Positions 8,601 through 17,270 of a DNA stretch of 64,000 nt are shown here, one piece after another; the first letter of the stretch is position 1, and the number at the start of each line of letters is the position of its first letter. The notes under the pieces are model-generated. The model was not told where the DNA came from, did not search any database, and was given only the letters and a program-made list of their open reading frames with translations. The stretch spans positions 151,292-215,291 of IMG/VR virus record IMGVR_UViG_3300029908_000004. The stretch is one strand, 5' to 3'. The translations under genes and the position numbers were made by a program.

Positions 8601-10548
8601 ATATAAGGAAAACTTTAGAGTAAAATACCTAGACAAAGAGGGTAAACCACAGTTCATACCTGTCCCGGGGACTGATGCTTATATGTCTATAAGCCCAGAA
8701 TATAATAAAGAGAAAGGCGTAGGTTACCAAACTCATGACTGGCAAAATCAATTACATAATATTTATAACGAGGAAAAAGCTGGTAATATCGAAGCTAGAG
8801 ACGCGTTAATAGAGGGTATTAAACGAAAAGGCGGTTCAACCCAAGGAATAATAGATGCTATTCACGATGACCTATTAACAGGGAAGAATAGTGCTTGGAG
8901 ACCACGTAGCTATGATCCATTAGGTAGATCTGGATACATCACGACCCGTGGAGGAACCGCTGAACCTTTCATAGTAGGTATCTCCTCAGAAGAATTAAAA
9001 GCGCTACCCGCCAGTATACAACAAGGTATAGAAAAGCAAGGATTTGGCACTGCTTTACTCGGACGCCAGCCTTATGGAGATGCGGTTGCAGTTAAAGTAA
9101 TAGAAGATAAACATTTAAAAGGAACCAAGTTCTTTAGTATCAATGAAATAGTTCGTATGTTAATAGGTGCTGATGATGACCTTGATCCAGCCAACCTACA
9201 TTATTATGCTGCTGGTTCAACAGGTGAAGCAGAAGCTCTAAGGGTAATGGCACCCGGTGGTAGACAAGCTAGAAGAGTAGAAAACTTCCGTGCGTTAATG
9301 GGCTCAGCTGACGAAAGTGCCTCAGTAAGAAATCCGGTACAAAAAGACTTAGCTGAGAGACTAGCTAAGAAACTTGCGCTAATGTCTAATCTAGAAGCCG
9401 CTGTAGCTAATAGGTCTGCAGCAGAGGCTACTGGTACGTTATCCCTTGCTTCTGGTAGAATGTTAGCTCACATAGAGAGATCTCCAGCATTTAAGAATAA
9501 TGAGGTAGTGCGTGATTATTTAACAGATATAGCAAAAAGATTACGTCAAGCGCCTATTGATGCTCGTAAGACTCAGACTTTGTTCAATAAACAAATGGCT
9601 ATGAATATAGCAAATGAAGTTAAGGAATCATTTAAACTTGGCACGAGTGGCGCTGAAGGTAGTATAAAACAAGGTGCTGAAATGTTAAGGCGGGCTGTAT
9701 TAAAGGAAGGTATTCTAGTTCCAGTTGATTGGAATCCTGTAATGGGAAAGAGATTTAATATTCCACAACCCCTTCCTGAAGAAATAGCAAAAGGTGGTGG
9801 TAAAGTTAATGCAGCTGCTAGATGGTTAGAAACGCCCGAAGGAATAACAGCCAGTGAAGACTTAATGAAAGGTGCCACTAGAGAAACTGAGAATTGGGTA
9901 GATATAACAAGTGGTGTTCTTACTGGTGGAAAGAAAGTTACTAGAGAGATATACAATAAGTTAGAAGCTAGTGTTCCACCAACATTCCGTAAAGCATTTA
10001 TGGCTATGAGTAGCGCAGCCGATTTAGGAACTATCAATACAAAAGCTGCGGCTGGTGCTTCTATGAGATCTATCGCTTCAACTGTTACCGAACTCTTCCG
10101 TGGAGATTCAGGTAAAGTTCTTGGTGTAGGTTTAGCTATTGCTGCTGGGGCTGGTTTACTATTTAATAGACCTAGGAATCCAAAGCAATTAGCAACAGCT
10201 AAGATGTCTAGACCAAGTGGGCATAGACCGGAAGAACGTATAGGAACTGACGGAGCAATACCCGGAGAGCCAATTACGGGGTCTATGGCACCAACTAATC
10301 CTCCTAAATCAGTTAGATATGTAGAAAAAGGAGTGAGAACTACAATGGTGGCTCCAATGAATAGAACCTCAAACGTAGAAGCTACGATTGTAACTGACAG
10401 TGCTAGACAAGGTGCTGACTATTCTAGAGCTGCTGCTATGATGTCTAGTAATGGTGATGTAAACGCCACGATTAATTATAAAGTAAATAATAAGTTAGGA
10501 AGTCTCAGAAATAGAGAACGCATCAGAGAGATAAGAGACGAACAATAA
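5623..10548 (+). CDS. Putative single-chain two-barrel (double-psi beta-barrel) DNA-directed RNA polymerase, likely virion-packaged
   Basis: Collinear motifs: GETDIIISD (aa ~614) and KHDTFGVKG (aa ~700) resemble beta EDSILVS and KMAGRHGNKG. LTGKNSAWR..GRSGYIT..VGISSE, LLGRQP and INEIVRMLIGADDDLD (aa 1182-1188) resemble beta-prime IKGKQGRFR..GRSVIT..CGLP, LLNRAP and LHPLVCAAYNADFDGD. Confidence 0.75.
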   Translation: MTIISSTVLSVANLIKRHHGVLAASAIVPFFYDSEDRGYFRTAMITTPILFAGAEMLPKLFSTAKTEAESVFHATMSTAKNPIFNTAHNIVGSDLSKLAEDGTVGIRTVEEAQARYSMGLAKARPIEDINNLYSRATGLLKATDQNRRMMSQAVVSSAQDAMTPYDWISTPKVLEGLLDKDNRTNVSMSDDKMLEIAEFFKGRGDTRFPRRLQSNMDRIEGLVDQGAFVPAGATFFPPDVVTNLQVGSWSEAIEEKLSNAGAGGVSNILKNRSNLDKLNLQVKLVSQGVIDGSTADASYIDFVRTMKDVEQSIRIPIPDANGAVRIGPYIGTARSVMDYDGKIYRIDEWVAKMVTEGNDYTEKQLMGDINRAVFFTAHDPADTEAIYSQAGSRFGKNFAGENQVRLKSQAAVLTSLPRFKMGDEAVSFEKLDPLFQSDFERKLINSGTVSMMGPESAWGNRVYQLRKMEDFAMGGVADVTKQDWNYRSLSKGVSYEFVQNKNGLDLKPKVSTTAYEEFLGTKEVPEFNMRLAGISPQEKTLLGDFGMYKTWEEAQAYKPLFIERAMEMNISPAKAEKAFNDIEHFYRSKTKLDKFGKPKLGYGATIFEQIGSLGETDIIISDALAKTGRLKYTTTYEVDQMHFNPEDWVGKDVEDDFKFGTRQNKVVSPDSGGKILSTKAADESTYHIIMEHYQGMDAAKHDTFGVKGEFHTGTYQGNFQTMLSAINDFRKTTRTGDVIDKYTVNGIADWTYAQNKMDPMLLRMSIAEDTLHNISSRNKAVGEELISSATEQLAKVGVDYTDGQMIFQHEFIRKQFASREAKIANMEELNSVIDKIMADATASIRSKKGLGYKVYQGWYNKTGSGITDDVQAGKSLEAYMLRNGVNVNVRTWAHANINLPEHATVTHDYDTFSNLGDKRVMAAELRNRLQTVGEGDPEMSMLYGQYLQDNDYTKPMRESEDVVVDLDKAFLGSAKLSRPEGRHGTIFDPSDSRYKENFRVKYLDKEGKPQFIPVPGTDAYMSISPEYNKEKGVGYQTHDWQNQLHNIYNEEKAGNIEARDALIEGIKRKGGSTQGIIDAIHDDLLTGKNSAWRPRSYDPLGRSGYITTRGGTAEPFIVGISSEELKALPASIQQGIEKQGFGTALLGRQPYGDAVAVKVIEDKHLKGTKFFSINEIVRMLIGADDDLDPANLHYYAAGSTGEAEALRVMAPGGRQARRVENFRALMGSADESASVRNPVQKDLAERLAKKLALMSNLEAAVANRSAAEATGTLSLASGRMLAHIERSPAFKNNEVVRDYLTDIAKRLRQAPIDARKTQTLFNKQMAMNIANEVKESFKLGTSGAEGSIKQGAEMLRRAVLKEGILVPVDWNPVMGKRFNIPQPLPEEIAKGGGKVNAAARWLETPEGITASEDLMKGATRETENWVDITSGVLTGGKKVTREIYNKLEASVPPTFRKAFMAMSSAADLGTINTKAAAGASMRSIASTVTELFRGDSGKVLGVGLAIAAGAGLLFNRPRNPKQLATAKMSRPSGHRPEERIGTDGAIPGEPITGSMAPTNPPKSVRYVEKGVRTTMVAPMNRTSNVEATIVTDSARQGADYSRAAAMMSSNGDVNATINYKVNNKLGSLRNRERIREIRDEQ

Positions 10549-13500
10549 TGAGTATAACAATTAGTAACCCACAACTAGACGATCCAGAAAGTGGTTATTT
10601 TCGTATTGGAAATGTGATATTAAAGATTCCACCAGAGGATATTAATATCCATAAGACCTCTAATGTAGACGAACTTACTGCTTTAAGAGCTAAGTTCCCA
10701 TACATAAACGAAAGTGGATTCGCTCGTTGGGATGTGACGGTATCTTGGACAGCAGTATATGAGGAAAACCCTCAGAATTATTCTGATTCCCCAAGTTTCT
10801 CAGAGAATGATGACCCACATTGGGCTCAATGGGAGGATGTACGCACCATTGTAGCTATGATGAAAGCTGCTCCATTTGTAGAAGTGGAGAATGATCTTGT
10901 ACGTTCAGTTATTTCATCGAGGAATGACGAATCTTCATATTCAGGAATAGCTGTTACTGATAGTACTAAATATGTTCGTTTAGCTTTTGCTCTCCGTCAA
11001 TTTAAGGTATCAACTTCAGAGGATATAGTAGATGGATTAAAGTGTCAACTAGTTATGACATTATTTAATTATCTTCCATTTACCAAAGACTTCGCTTATG
11101 TAGGCACTGGTGGTTTGCCGGTAGACGCCACTCAATCAGATGCTTTTAAGAAGTATTTGAATGAATGGAAAGAAAATAATTTAGATGCTCCACAAGAAGG
11201 GGAATACAGCCCATGGCAGGAGCAAGACCCGGAAGATACGAGTTTTATTTGGCGGACTTATATGCCACAACCAGGGCTCCCTGTTGCTGCTCCAAGCGAT
11301 TTAGATGTTGATGAATGGAAGTGTGACCATTTCACAGATGATATGACTTATAGATATAAGGAGAATAGATTACATCTAGATTCTTCAGATGGCTCAAGCT
11401 CTGAGGAAGGCTTATTTCCTACCAATCTCTCCGTTGTATTTGTAAATCAGTTTGCTCAATTACCATTAGCTAATTATCAATATCCTACATATCAACATAT
11501 AGGCCCAGCAACTACCGTTATCTCTATGGGTATGGAATCTGATAGCGCTGAATCCCTAGGGGTAACTGGTTTAACTGGAATGATAAATGAGTTGAAGAAA
11601 CAATTCTTACAATTCCGTTCTTGGAAATCTGCTGCTAGTATTTATAATAGGCAGGCTATCCTAGTTCGTAATCAGTTCCTTAATATGCTAGGAGTATGGG
11701 GGCTTAACGTAGCAGAATTTGATGTATCTACTATACAGAATTCTGCTGGTAGATTATCTTGTACCCTCATGGCTAGACAATATGAAAACTACTATGAGTT
11801 ATTAGATCCATTTACTGTATATGGTAGTGACCATTATACACAACAATTGAGTAGTTATATTAGGTCCCCAGCCTTAACTGCTGGGCTAACTCAAGCTGAG
11901 CAATCAGGAATGCAAAAGCTTGTAGCTTTTCGTAACGCTTGGAATGGCTACGACGATAAATATTTAGCGAATCTTTTATTATCTACAGACCCAACAACAG
12001 CGTCTACTTTAAAGACATTGCCTAGTATACCAATGCCTAGTGGGGTATCGTTGACCCCTACTGAGCAGGCTAATCTATTCTTAACACTTAAGGAAGAAAG
12101 CCCATTAAGTGCTACTGTAAGTAGGCTGCCCGGAACGGCTGGTTATGGTAGTACACCCTTCGATAGCAGTTATTGGCCTTGGTTAGCCGCTAAGAACAGC
12201 CCTGGATACGTAATGTCTTATACAGACTATTGGGTGTTAACACGACTAAATACTTTGTCTAGTCAGAATGATCCAACTAGGTATCAAGCAGATTTAGCTA
12301 TCCAACAGAAATATGACCCACAAGTAACCCAAGCCATGAAAGATCAGATATGGCAGAAGGCATTTGAACTATTGGCAGCAAATGACCGAGTAATGTCGAA
12401 TAACTTGGATCAAATAGCTCGTTCGAAATCTTTCAAAGACTCTCTTGATTCATCGACACAAGCACAAGGTTTATATAGTCCCGGGTCTGACCCATCTAAT
12501 GGTAAACATGGATGTTATAGGGACTTAGGGATTTATGATGGGGACCCGGCTGAATATTTCATTGATTATTCCAATGTGCTATTAACAACAGCTGCCCAGC
12601 AAATGGAACAGAATTTATCTGTAATGTTAACTGGATTCAAAGCTTTTAATACAAAAAATCAGCAGGGTCAGGGAACAACAATACCAACTGATCTTTCAGA
12701 TTTTGGTATACAAGAAGGTAATGTTTCTGGTATGCTCCTACGTTCTAATATACCAAAATATAGTATGAGGGGATGTTTCCCAACATTCAAATTATTTCTT
12801 ATGGAGGATAAGAACACTAGTATTTTCTATTGTTATGATAATTTCTATTCTTATGCCTCTGTAATTGATATGGAAATGATTAAGTATAGGGACAAGCCTG
12901 ATACTGCTGTGATAAGAATTACAAACCTATCTGGTATGTTGTCATATAGATTATTCGATAACTCTGTACAAGGTAAGAGAGAATGGGAATTAAGCAATGA
13001 TGTTAAGGTCCCTACTTCCCTTGACGGGTCACCAACGGTTAACCCAGGAGGTATGCCGGGTGCTGTAATGGCTGGTAGAATGGGCAATCATAACTATCAA
13101 GAGGGTCAAGGTAGTTTAAACTCCCCCGGAGAAACGTTCGTTACAAACCAACCTAAGGTGCCATTGCGGTATTACCCATTACAAACTGGATCAAAGATAC
13201 AAGTACGTCTTGGTTATTCTAATAATCCAGACGGGTTATACCCAGTATTTGTTGGACAAGTCACACAAATAGATGAAGAAGACGGGATTATAACTCTTGT
13301 AGCTCAAAGCTATTTGACTGAGTTGGATACCTCTATGTCAGACGAAGTTAGCAGCGATGGTTTTTCTGTGCCCGGTCTTGTTGGTAACATAATTAATAGT
13401 GTTACTGACGCTGCTATACGGCTAGTTAAATTCCAGCCAATGATGGCATTTCGTGATTTATGGGCGGGATTAACTTACGTTAGAGCTCCAGCTTACGGCG

Positions 13501-15743
13501 GATGGCTGAATTTATCTGGGGATGGTGACGCTTCCAATGTAATAAAAGCGATTCTTAAGATAAGTCAGGCAAGACATTTTGGAAAATGGCAGATTGGTGG
13601 TTTACCTGATCGTTATGTAAAAGGGTTTACATGGAGTGACACGCTTGCTGCCTTAGGAGGCACTGGACCAATTGCTTCGACACTTAATAATAGTTATGAT
13701 AGGTCTGGAGCTAACATATTAGTTAATCATTTGGTTAATTATAGTGGAACAGAAGTTGTTGGTAAGTTCCCAGTTACTAGAAGTTGGACATTCGAACAGC
13801 CCGGTTGTACAAAGCCTGTTTATCATATTAAAGGGGGAACAGCACGCACACCTTGGTTCTATATCAAAGATGTAGGACGTAGGTACCCAGATTACGTTCT
13901 AGCAGTTAGACAATATGGGTTCCCATATCAGGCAAATGCTACTTGTATATTTGGACATCCTAATGATTTCTATTATTCTAGAGATTTAATCTTAGGGGAA
14001 CTTACTGCAATGAAGCTACAGCCTGCTGTAGCTAAACCTATCTTTGCAGATTGGTGGGATCACCAACAAGGTAGGTCTCAAACAGCAGCCATGCTATATA
14101 ACTATCTCATACCAGTGTTACCCGGCGTGCAGCCTGGGGACACTTATGTAAACACATTTATGAACAAGATAGATAGTACAAAAGACCCTAATGTTTATTT
14201 CCAACAATTAGACTCTCTAAATACTATGATAAACAGAACTGGAAACGATTTATTATCATGGTGGCCAGGGGTACAAAACTATCAGATGCAGTCTTTTAGA
14301 ACAGAGGTGAATTATCTTCGTAACTCACTTGAATATTATTTAACTCTAAAGATAAACGGGACTATCGGTAAAGTTAATGAGGCGTTACGTATTCAACCAG
14401 TTCGTAGATGGAATTACATAGACCACGAATCCATAATCCACAACGGTATAAAATTATCTGATAAATTCTTCAATACAATAAAGTTATCTGATGACACTCT
14501 ATGTATAAATGAGATGATACCAAGTCATCACCAACGGGTATTAGACGCTGACGAGCTTGTGGAGTCTGTGGATAAGAATTTAAAAAGTGGTGGTAATGAG
14601 CCAATGCGTCTAGCAACTATCCAGAGCTTCTTAAGAGAAGAATGTGGAAAGATGTATTATGGTGAATTAATTATTAAAGGCACACCAGAAATTGAGCCTT
14701 GGGATGTTGTAGTTATAACAGACCCAGCAACTGGTATGATGGGTCCCGTAGAAGTAGACTCCGTAATTCACACATTCAATCAGGAAATGGGGTTTATTAC
14801 TATTATTAAGCCTAGAGCGTTGATAATAGTTAATGATGCTGCTTCCATGGGGTTATTGAATGGATATCGTTGGGCTTGGGCTAACGCGACCCAGATAATA
14901 AATGGGTATAGTCAAGCTTATGGAGACGCTACAACGGCCATTGGTGTAACTACACCAACATTACTGGGAGTAGTAGCTGGTGGAACGGCAGCAGCCATCT
15001 TTGGCGGTCCTATAGGGGATGTTGTAGCAGTAATGGTTGCTGGTAGGGCATTTGCTACAGCTATAAATATCTCTACAAGAATGAATCTATGTATGGTGTT
15101 TCCACTTATGAGATTTGGTAACCCTTGGGTGGGTGGTTTACAAGGATATCGAGCAGGTGATATAGTATATTGGTTAAAGGATCATTGGATACAATTTTAT
15201 ACTGATGAAATAGCTCCATTAATGAGCACTTGGCAGGAAATAAAACAAAGCATAACACCATCTTTGCAGGACCCAACTATGACACCAAATCCTGTTCCCC
15301 CTATTTCACCTAGACCACGATCTAAAATATCTAGTGATAAACAAGCAATCATAGCATTAATTCGTAAAGTAGCTGCTAGACCCGAAAACCAAGCGATGCC
15401 TGTAGACTTAGCCATAGCTCAGGCACAGCAAGAATCTACTCTTAACCCAAATGCTATAGGTCCAATGACTAAATGGGGGAAAGCTATAGGGTTATTTCAA
15501 TTACTACCAAGTACAGCTGCTGGTTTACATGTAGACCCTTATGTTCCTGAACAGAATATACAGGGTGGTATAACGTATATGTTGCAATTATATGATAAGT
15601 TTCATACTTGGCCATTAGCACTAGCCGCTTACAATATGGGGCCGGGAGCTCTCCAGCACCATCTAGATAAGGGCACGCAATGGCCAACACAGACACAAAC
15701 TTACGTATCTAATATTATGGGGCATTGGAATCAGAACTCATAA
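10548..15743 (+). CDS. Giant baseplate hub-like protein with C-terminal lytic transglycosylase (SLT) domain
   Basis: Hub-like segments IQVRLGYSNNP...VFVGQVTQI...LVAQSY and GELIIKGTPEIEPWDVVVI...VDSVIHTF...GFITIIKP. SLT motifs QQES, GLFQL, NIQGG..YM, LAAYNMG, TQTYV in the last ~125 aa. Confidence 0.85.
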   Translation: MSITISNPQLDDPESGYFRIGNVILKIPPEDINIHKTSNVDELTALRAKFPYINESGFARWDVTVSWTAVYEENPQNYSDSPSFSENDDPHWAQWEDVRTIVAMMKAAPFVEVENDLVRSVISSRNDESSYSGIAVTDSTKYVRLAFALRQFKVSTSEDIVDGLKCQLVMTLFNYLPFTKDFAYVGTGGLPVDATQSDAFKKYLNEWKENNLDAPQEGEYSPWQEQDPEDTSFIWRTYMPQPGLPVAAPSDLDVDEWKCDHFTDDMTYRYKENRLHLDSSDGSSSEEGLFPTNLSVVFVNQFAQLPLANYQYPTYQHIGPATTVISMGMESDSAESLGVTGLTGMINELKKQFLQFRSWKSAASIYNRQAILVRNQFLNMLGVWGLNVAEFDVSTIQNSAGRLSCTLMARQYENYYELLDPFTVYGSDHYTQQLSSYIRSPALTAGLTQAEQSGMQKLVAFRNAWNGYDDKYLANLLLSTDPTTASTLKTLPSIPMPSGVSLTPTEQANLFLTLKEESPLSATVSRLPGTAGYGSTPFDSSYWPWLAAKNSPGYVMSYTDYWVLTRLNTLSSQNDPTRYQADLAIQQKYDPQVTQAMKDQIWQKAFELLAANDRVMSNNLDQIARSKSFKDSLDSSTQAQGLYSPGSDPSNGKHGCYRDLGIYDGDPAEYFIDYSNVLLTTAAQQMEQNLSVMLTGFKAFNTKNQQGQGTTIPTDLSDFGIQEGNVSGMLLRSNIPKYSMRGCFPTFKLFLMEDKNTSIFYCYDNFYSYASVIDMEMIKYRDKPDTAVIRITNLSGMLSYRLFDNSVQGKREWELSNDVKVPTSLDGSPTVNPGGMPGAVMAGRMGNHNYQEGQGSLNSPGETFVTNQPKVPLRYYPLQTGSKIQVRLGYSNNPDGLYPVFVGQVTQIDEEDGIITLVAQSYLTELDTSMSDEVSSDGFSVPGLVGNIINSVTDAAIRLVKFQPMMAFRDLWAGLTYVRAPAYGGWLNLSGDGDASNVIKAILKISQARHFGKWQIGGLPDRYVKGFTWSDTLAALGGTGPIASTLNNSYDRSGANILVNHLVNYSGTEVVGKFPVTRSWTFEQPGCTKPVYHIKGGTARTPWFYIKDVGRRYPDYVLAVRQYGFPYQANATCIFGHPNDFYYSRDLILGELTAMKLQPAVAKPIFADWWDHQQGRSQTAAMLYNYLIPVLPGVQPGDTYVNTFMNKIDSTKDPNVYFQQLDSLNTMINRTGNDLLSWWPGVQNYQMQSFRTEVNYLRNSLEYYLTLKINGTIGKVNEALRIQPVRRWNYIDHESIIHNGIKLSDKFFNTIKLSDDTLCINEMIPSHHQRVLDADELVESVDKNLKSGGNEPMRLATIQSFLREECGKMYYGELIIKGTPEIEPWDVVVITDPATGMMGPVEVDSVIHTFNQEMGFITIIKPRALIIVNDAASMGLLNGYRWAWANATQIINGYSQAYGDATTAIGVTTPTLLGVVAGGTAAAIFGGPIGDVVAVMVAGRAFATAINISTRMNLCMVFPLMRFGNPWVGGLQGYRAGDIVYWLKDHWIQFYTDEIAPLMSTWQEIKQSITPSLQDPTMTPNPVPPISPRPRSKISSDKQAIIALIRKVAARPENQAMPVDLAIAQAQQESTLNPNAIGPMTKWGKAIGLFQLLPSTAAGLHVDPYVPEQNIQGGITYMLQLYDKFHTWPLALAAYNMGPGALQHHLDKGTQWPTQTQTYVSNIMGHWNQNS

Positions 15744-15748
15744 ATCTA

Positions 15749-15777
15749 TTGTTGTTCTTAGTCTTTTAAGCTATACT
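15749..15777 (+). promoter_or_regulatory. sigma70-like promoter
   Basis: TTGTTG-N17-TATACT in a 50-bp gap, followed by RBS GAGGTG before ATG 15794. Confidence 0.5.
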
Positions 15778-15793
15778 AAATAGAGGTGTAATA

Positions 15794-16396
15794 ATGGGAT
15801 CAGCGTTGGCTATAGTTAGCCCCTGTTCAACTTGTAAAAATCAGAATGTAGCAGCAGGAACTGATGGGAAACCACAGTGCCCACGTAGGTATTGGCAGAG
15901 TCTAAATAAGAACGTACCACCCGATTTGTCGCTTGCCACAGGACCGGTCCCAGATACTGGGGCTGAATCCTACCCATTACTTGCGTTAACTGGTAACGAA
16001 CGGGATGGCGATACCACAAGCACCTCTCTCGTAAATCCAGTATATTGGAATGATGGAAACTCTATATTAGTTTGGGTAGCCAAATTAAAAGATAACTCAC
16101 CTATTGTTAATAACGGGCAGGTAGTAAACAATGATATATTATCTGATTCCTTTGATACTAGTTATATAAATTGTTGTGAATACCCTTATGTACCAGTTGG
16201 AAACGAGAATGAATATTTCCAACGTGGTGCACTAAAGGAAAGTGATCAAATAGTAGTGACAGATATCCCTTGTGAACAATTGTTTGGTGATACCTTTCAA
16301 GGAACTCCTTTTGGTGGCACCTTACAAAGAGCGAACTTCTTCTTCAATGTCCCAAGAGTACCAACTGATGACCATCAATGTCCGGAAGGTGTGTAA
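15794..16396 (+). CDS. Hypothetical virion/baseplate-region protein, Cys-containing
   Basis: 200 aa with good RBS, N-terminal CxxC, located between hub and wedge genes. Confidence 0.75.
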   Translation: MGSALAIVSPCSTCKNQNVAAGTDGKPQCPRRYWQSLNKNVPPDLSLATGPVPDTGAESYPLLALTGNERDGDTTSTSLVNPVYWNDGNSILVWVAKLKDNSPIVNNGQVVNNDILSDSFDTSYINCCEYPYVPVGNENEYFQRGALKESDQIVVTDIPCEQLFGDTFQGTPFGGTLQRANFFFNVPRVPTDDHQCPEGV

Positions 16397-16818
16397 TGTC
16401 AGATTCAATACAAAAGACCTTTGCTGTAAACCTAGAAACACAACCAACTAGTACTTCTACTAATAAAACACCAGCCCTATCGCCACAAAAGATGATGGCT
16501 GGTAATAGTTATACTGGACAGCCATATATCATTGCTCAGCAGAATGGTTTGGCTATGGTTGGGGATCAGAAGCATGTTATAACTGTTAGCCCAGAGCTAG
16601 GAGTTACTATTTCTGGTCCAATGAGCTTATCAGCTATGCCTCAACAGATATCATTTGGTGGTGGATACTGGACACTTAATCCACTCAATCTATCAATGTT
16701 ACCCTCTAGTGCTGTTACACCAGTGCCAATGTTTAAATCCGCCACTCCGAAGCTAATTAGAGCTTCTAGTGGGTTATCAGGTATTGTTGGTGCTGCAGAA
16801 GGGGCTGTAGGACTATAA
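16396..16818 (+). CDS. Hypothetical baseplate protein (possible short spike by position)
   Basis: TAATG coupling places the start at 16396 (MSDSIQK). Immediately upstream of the gp25-like gene. Confidence 0.6.
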   Translation: MSDSIQKTFAVNLETQPTSTSTNKTPALSPQKMMAGNSYTGQPYIIAQQNGLAMVGDQKHVITVSPELGVTISGPMSLSAMPQQISFGGGYWTLNPLNLSMLPSSAVTPVPMFKSATPKLIRASSGLSGIVGAAEGAVGL

Positions 16819-17270
16819 TGGCTACTACTATAACAACGTTAATACCCCCATCTCCTAATAACCCAAACTCTACGACTGAGATAATAGCTGATTATCGATG
16901 GATGTCCGGGGGAGGTGGAGTATTAATGGATGCCACTGGTGACATCTCTCTAACAACAACCAATATGGAAAGTATAAAGGATATCATCCAGTCTAGACTT
17001 AAGGCTGATTATAGAGGATGGGCTTTATACAATATTGGAGCAGATTTACAGAGTTTTATGGGACAAGTTATTAGTTCAGAACTAACAACATCCTTAAGTC
17101 GTAGAATAATTAGTTCTCTAACTTCTTCATTTCTACCAGCAGGGGCTATATCAATTAGAACGTTAGTTACTGGTGATATGGTACAGGCATTTGTATATGT
17201 AGCTGGTACAATGGTGGCAACAGCAACAACAGATAAAAGTGGGTCTACACTAACGGTGGTAATACTCTAA
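16818..17270 (+). CDS. Baseplate wedge gp25/gpW-like protein
   Basis: GDISLT...IKDIIQSRLK...GW....IGADLQSFMG pattern. Size and position just before baseplate J. Confidence 0.8.
   Translation: MATTITTLIPPSPNNPNSTTEIIADYRWMSGGGGVLMDATGDISLTTTNMESIKDIIQSRLKADYRGWALYNIGADLQSFMGQVISSELTTSLSRRIISSLTSSFLPAGAISIRTLVTGDMVQAFVYVAGTMVATATTDKSGSTLTVVIL

Noticed and set aside
1-10548. Labelling either giant protein as tape measure
   Set aside because: No periodic helical repeats seen, and the second has RNAP motifs. Not fully excluded for the first because its N-terminus is outside the window.
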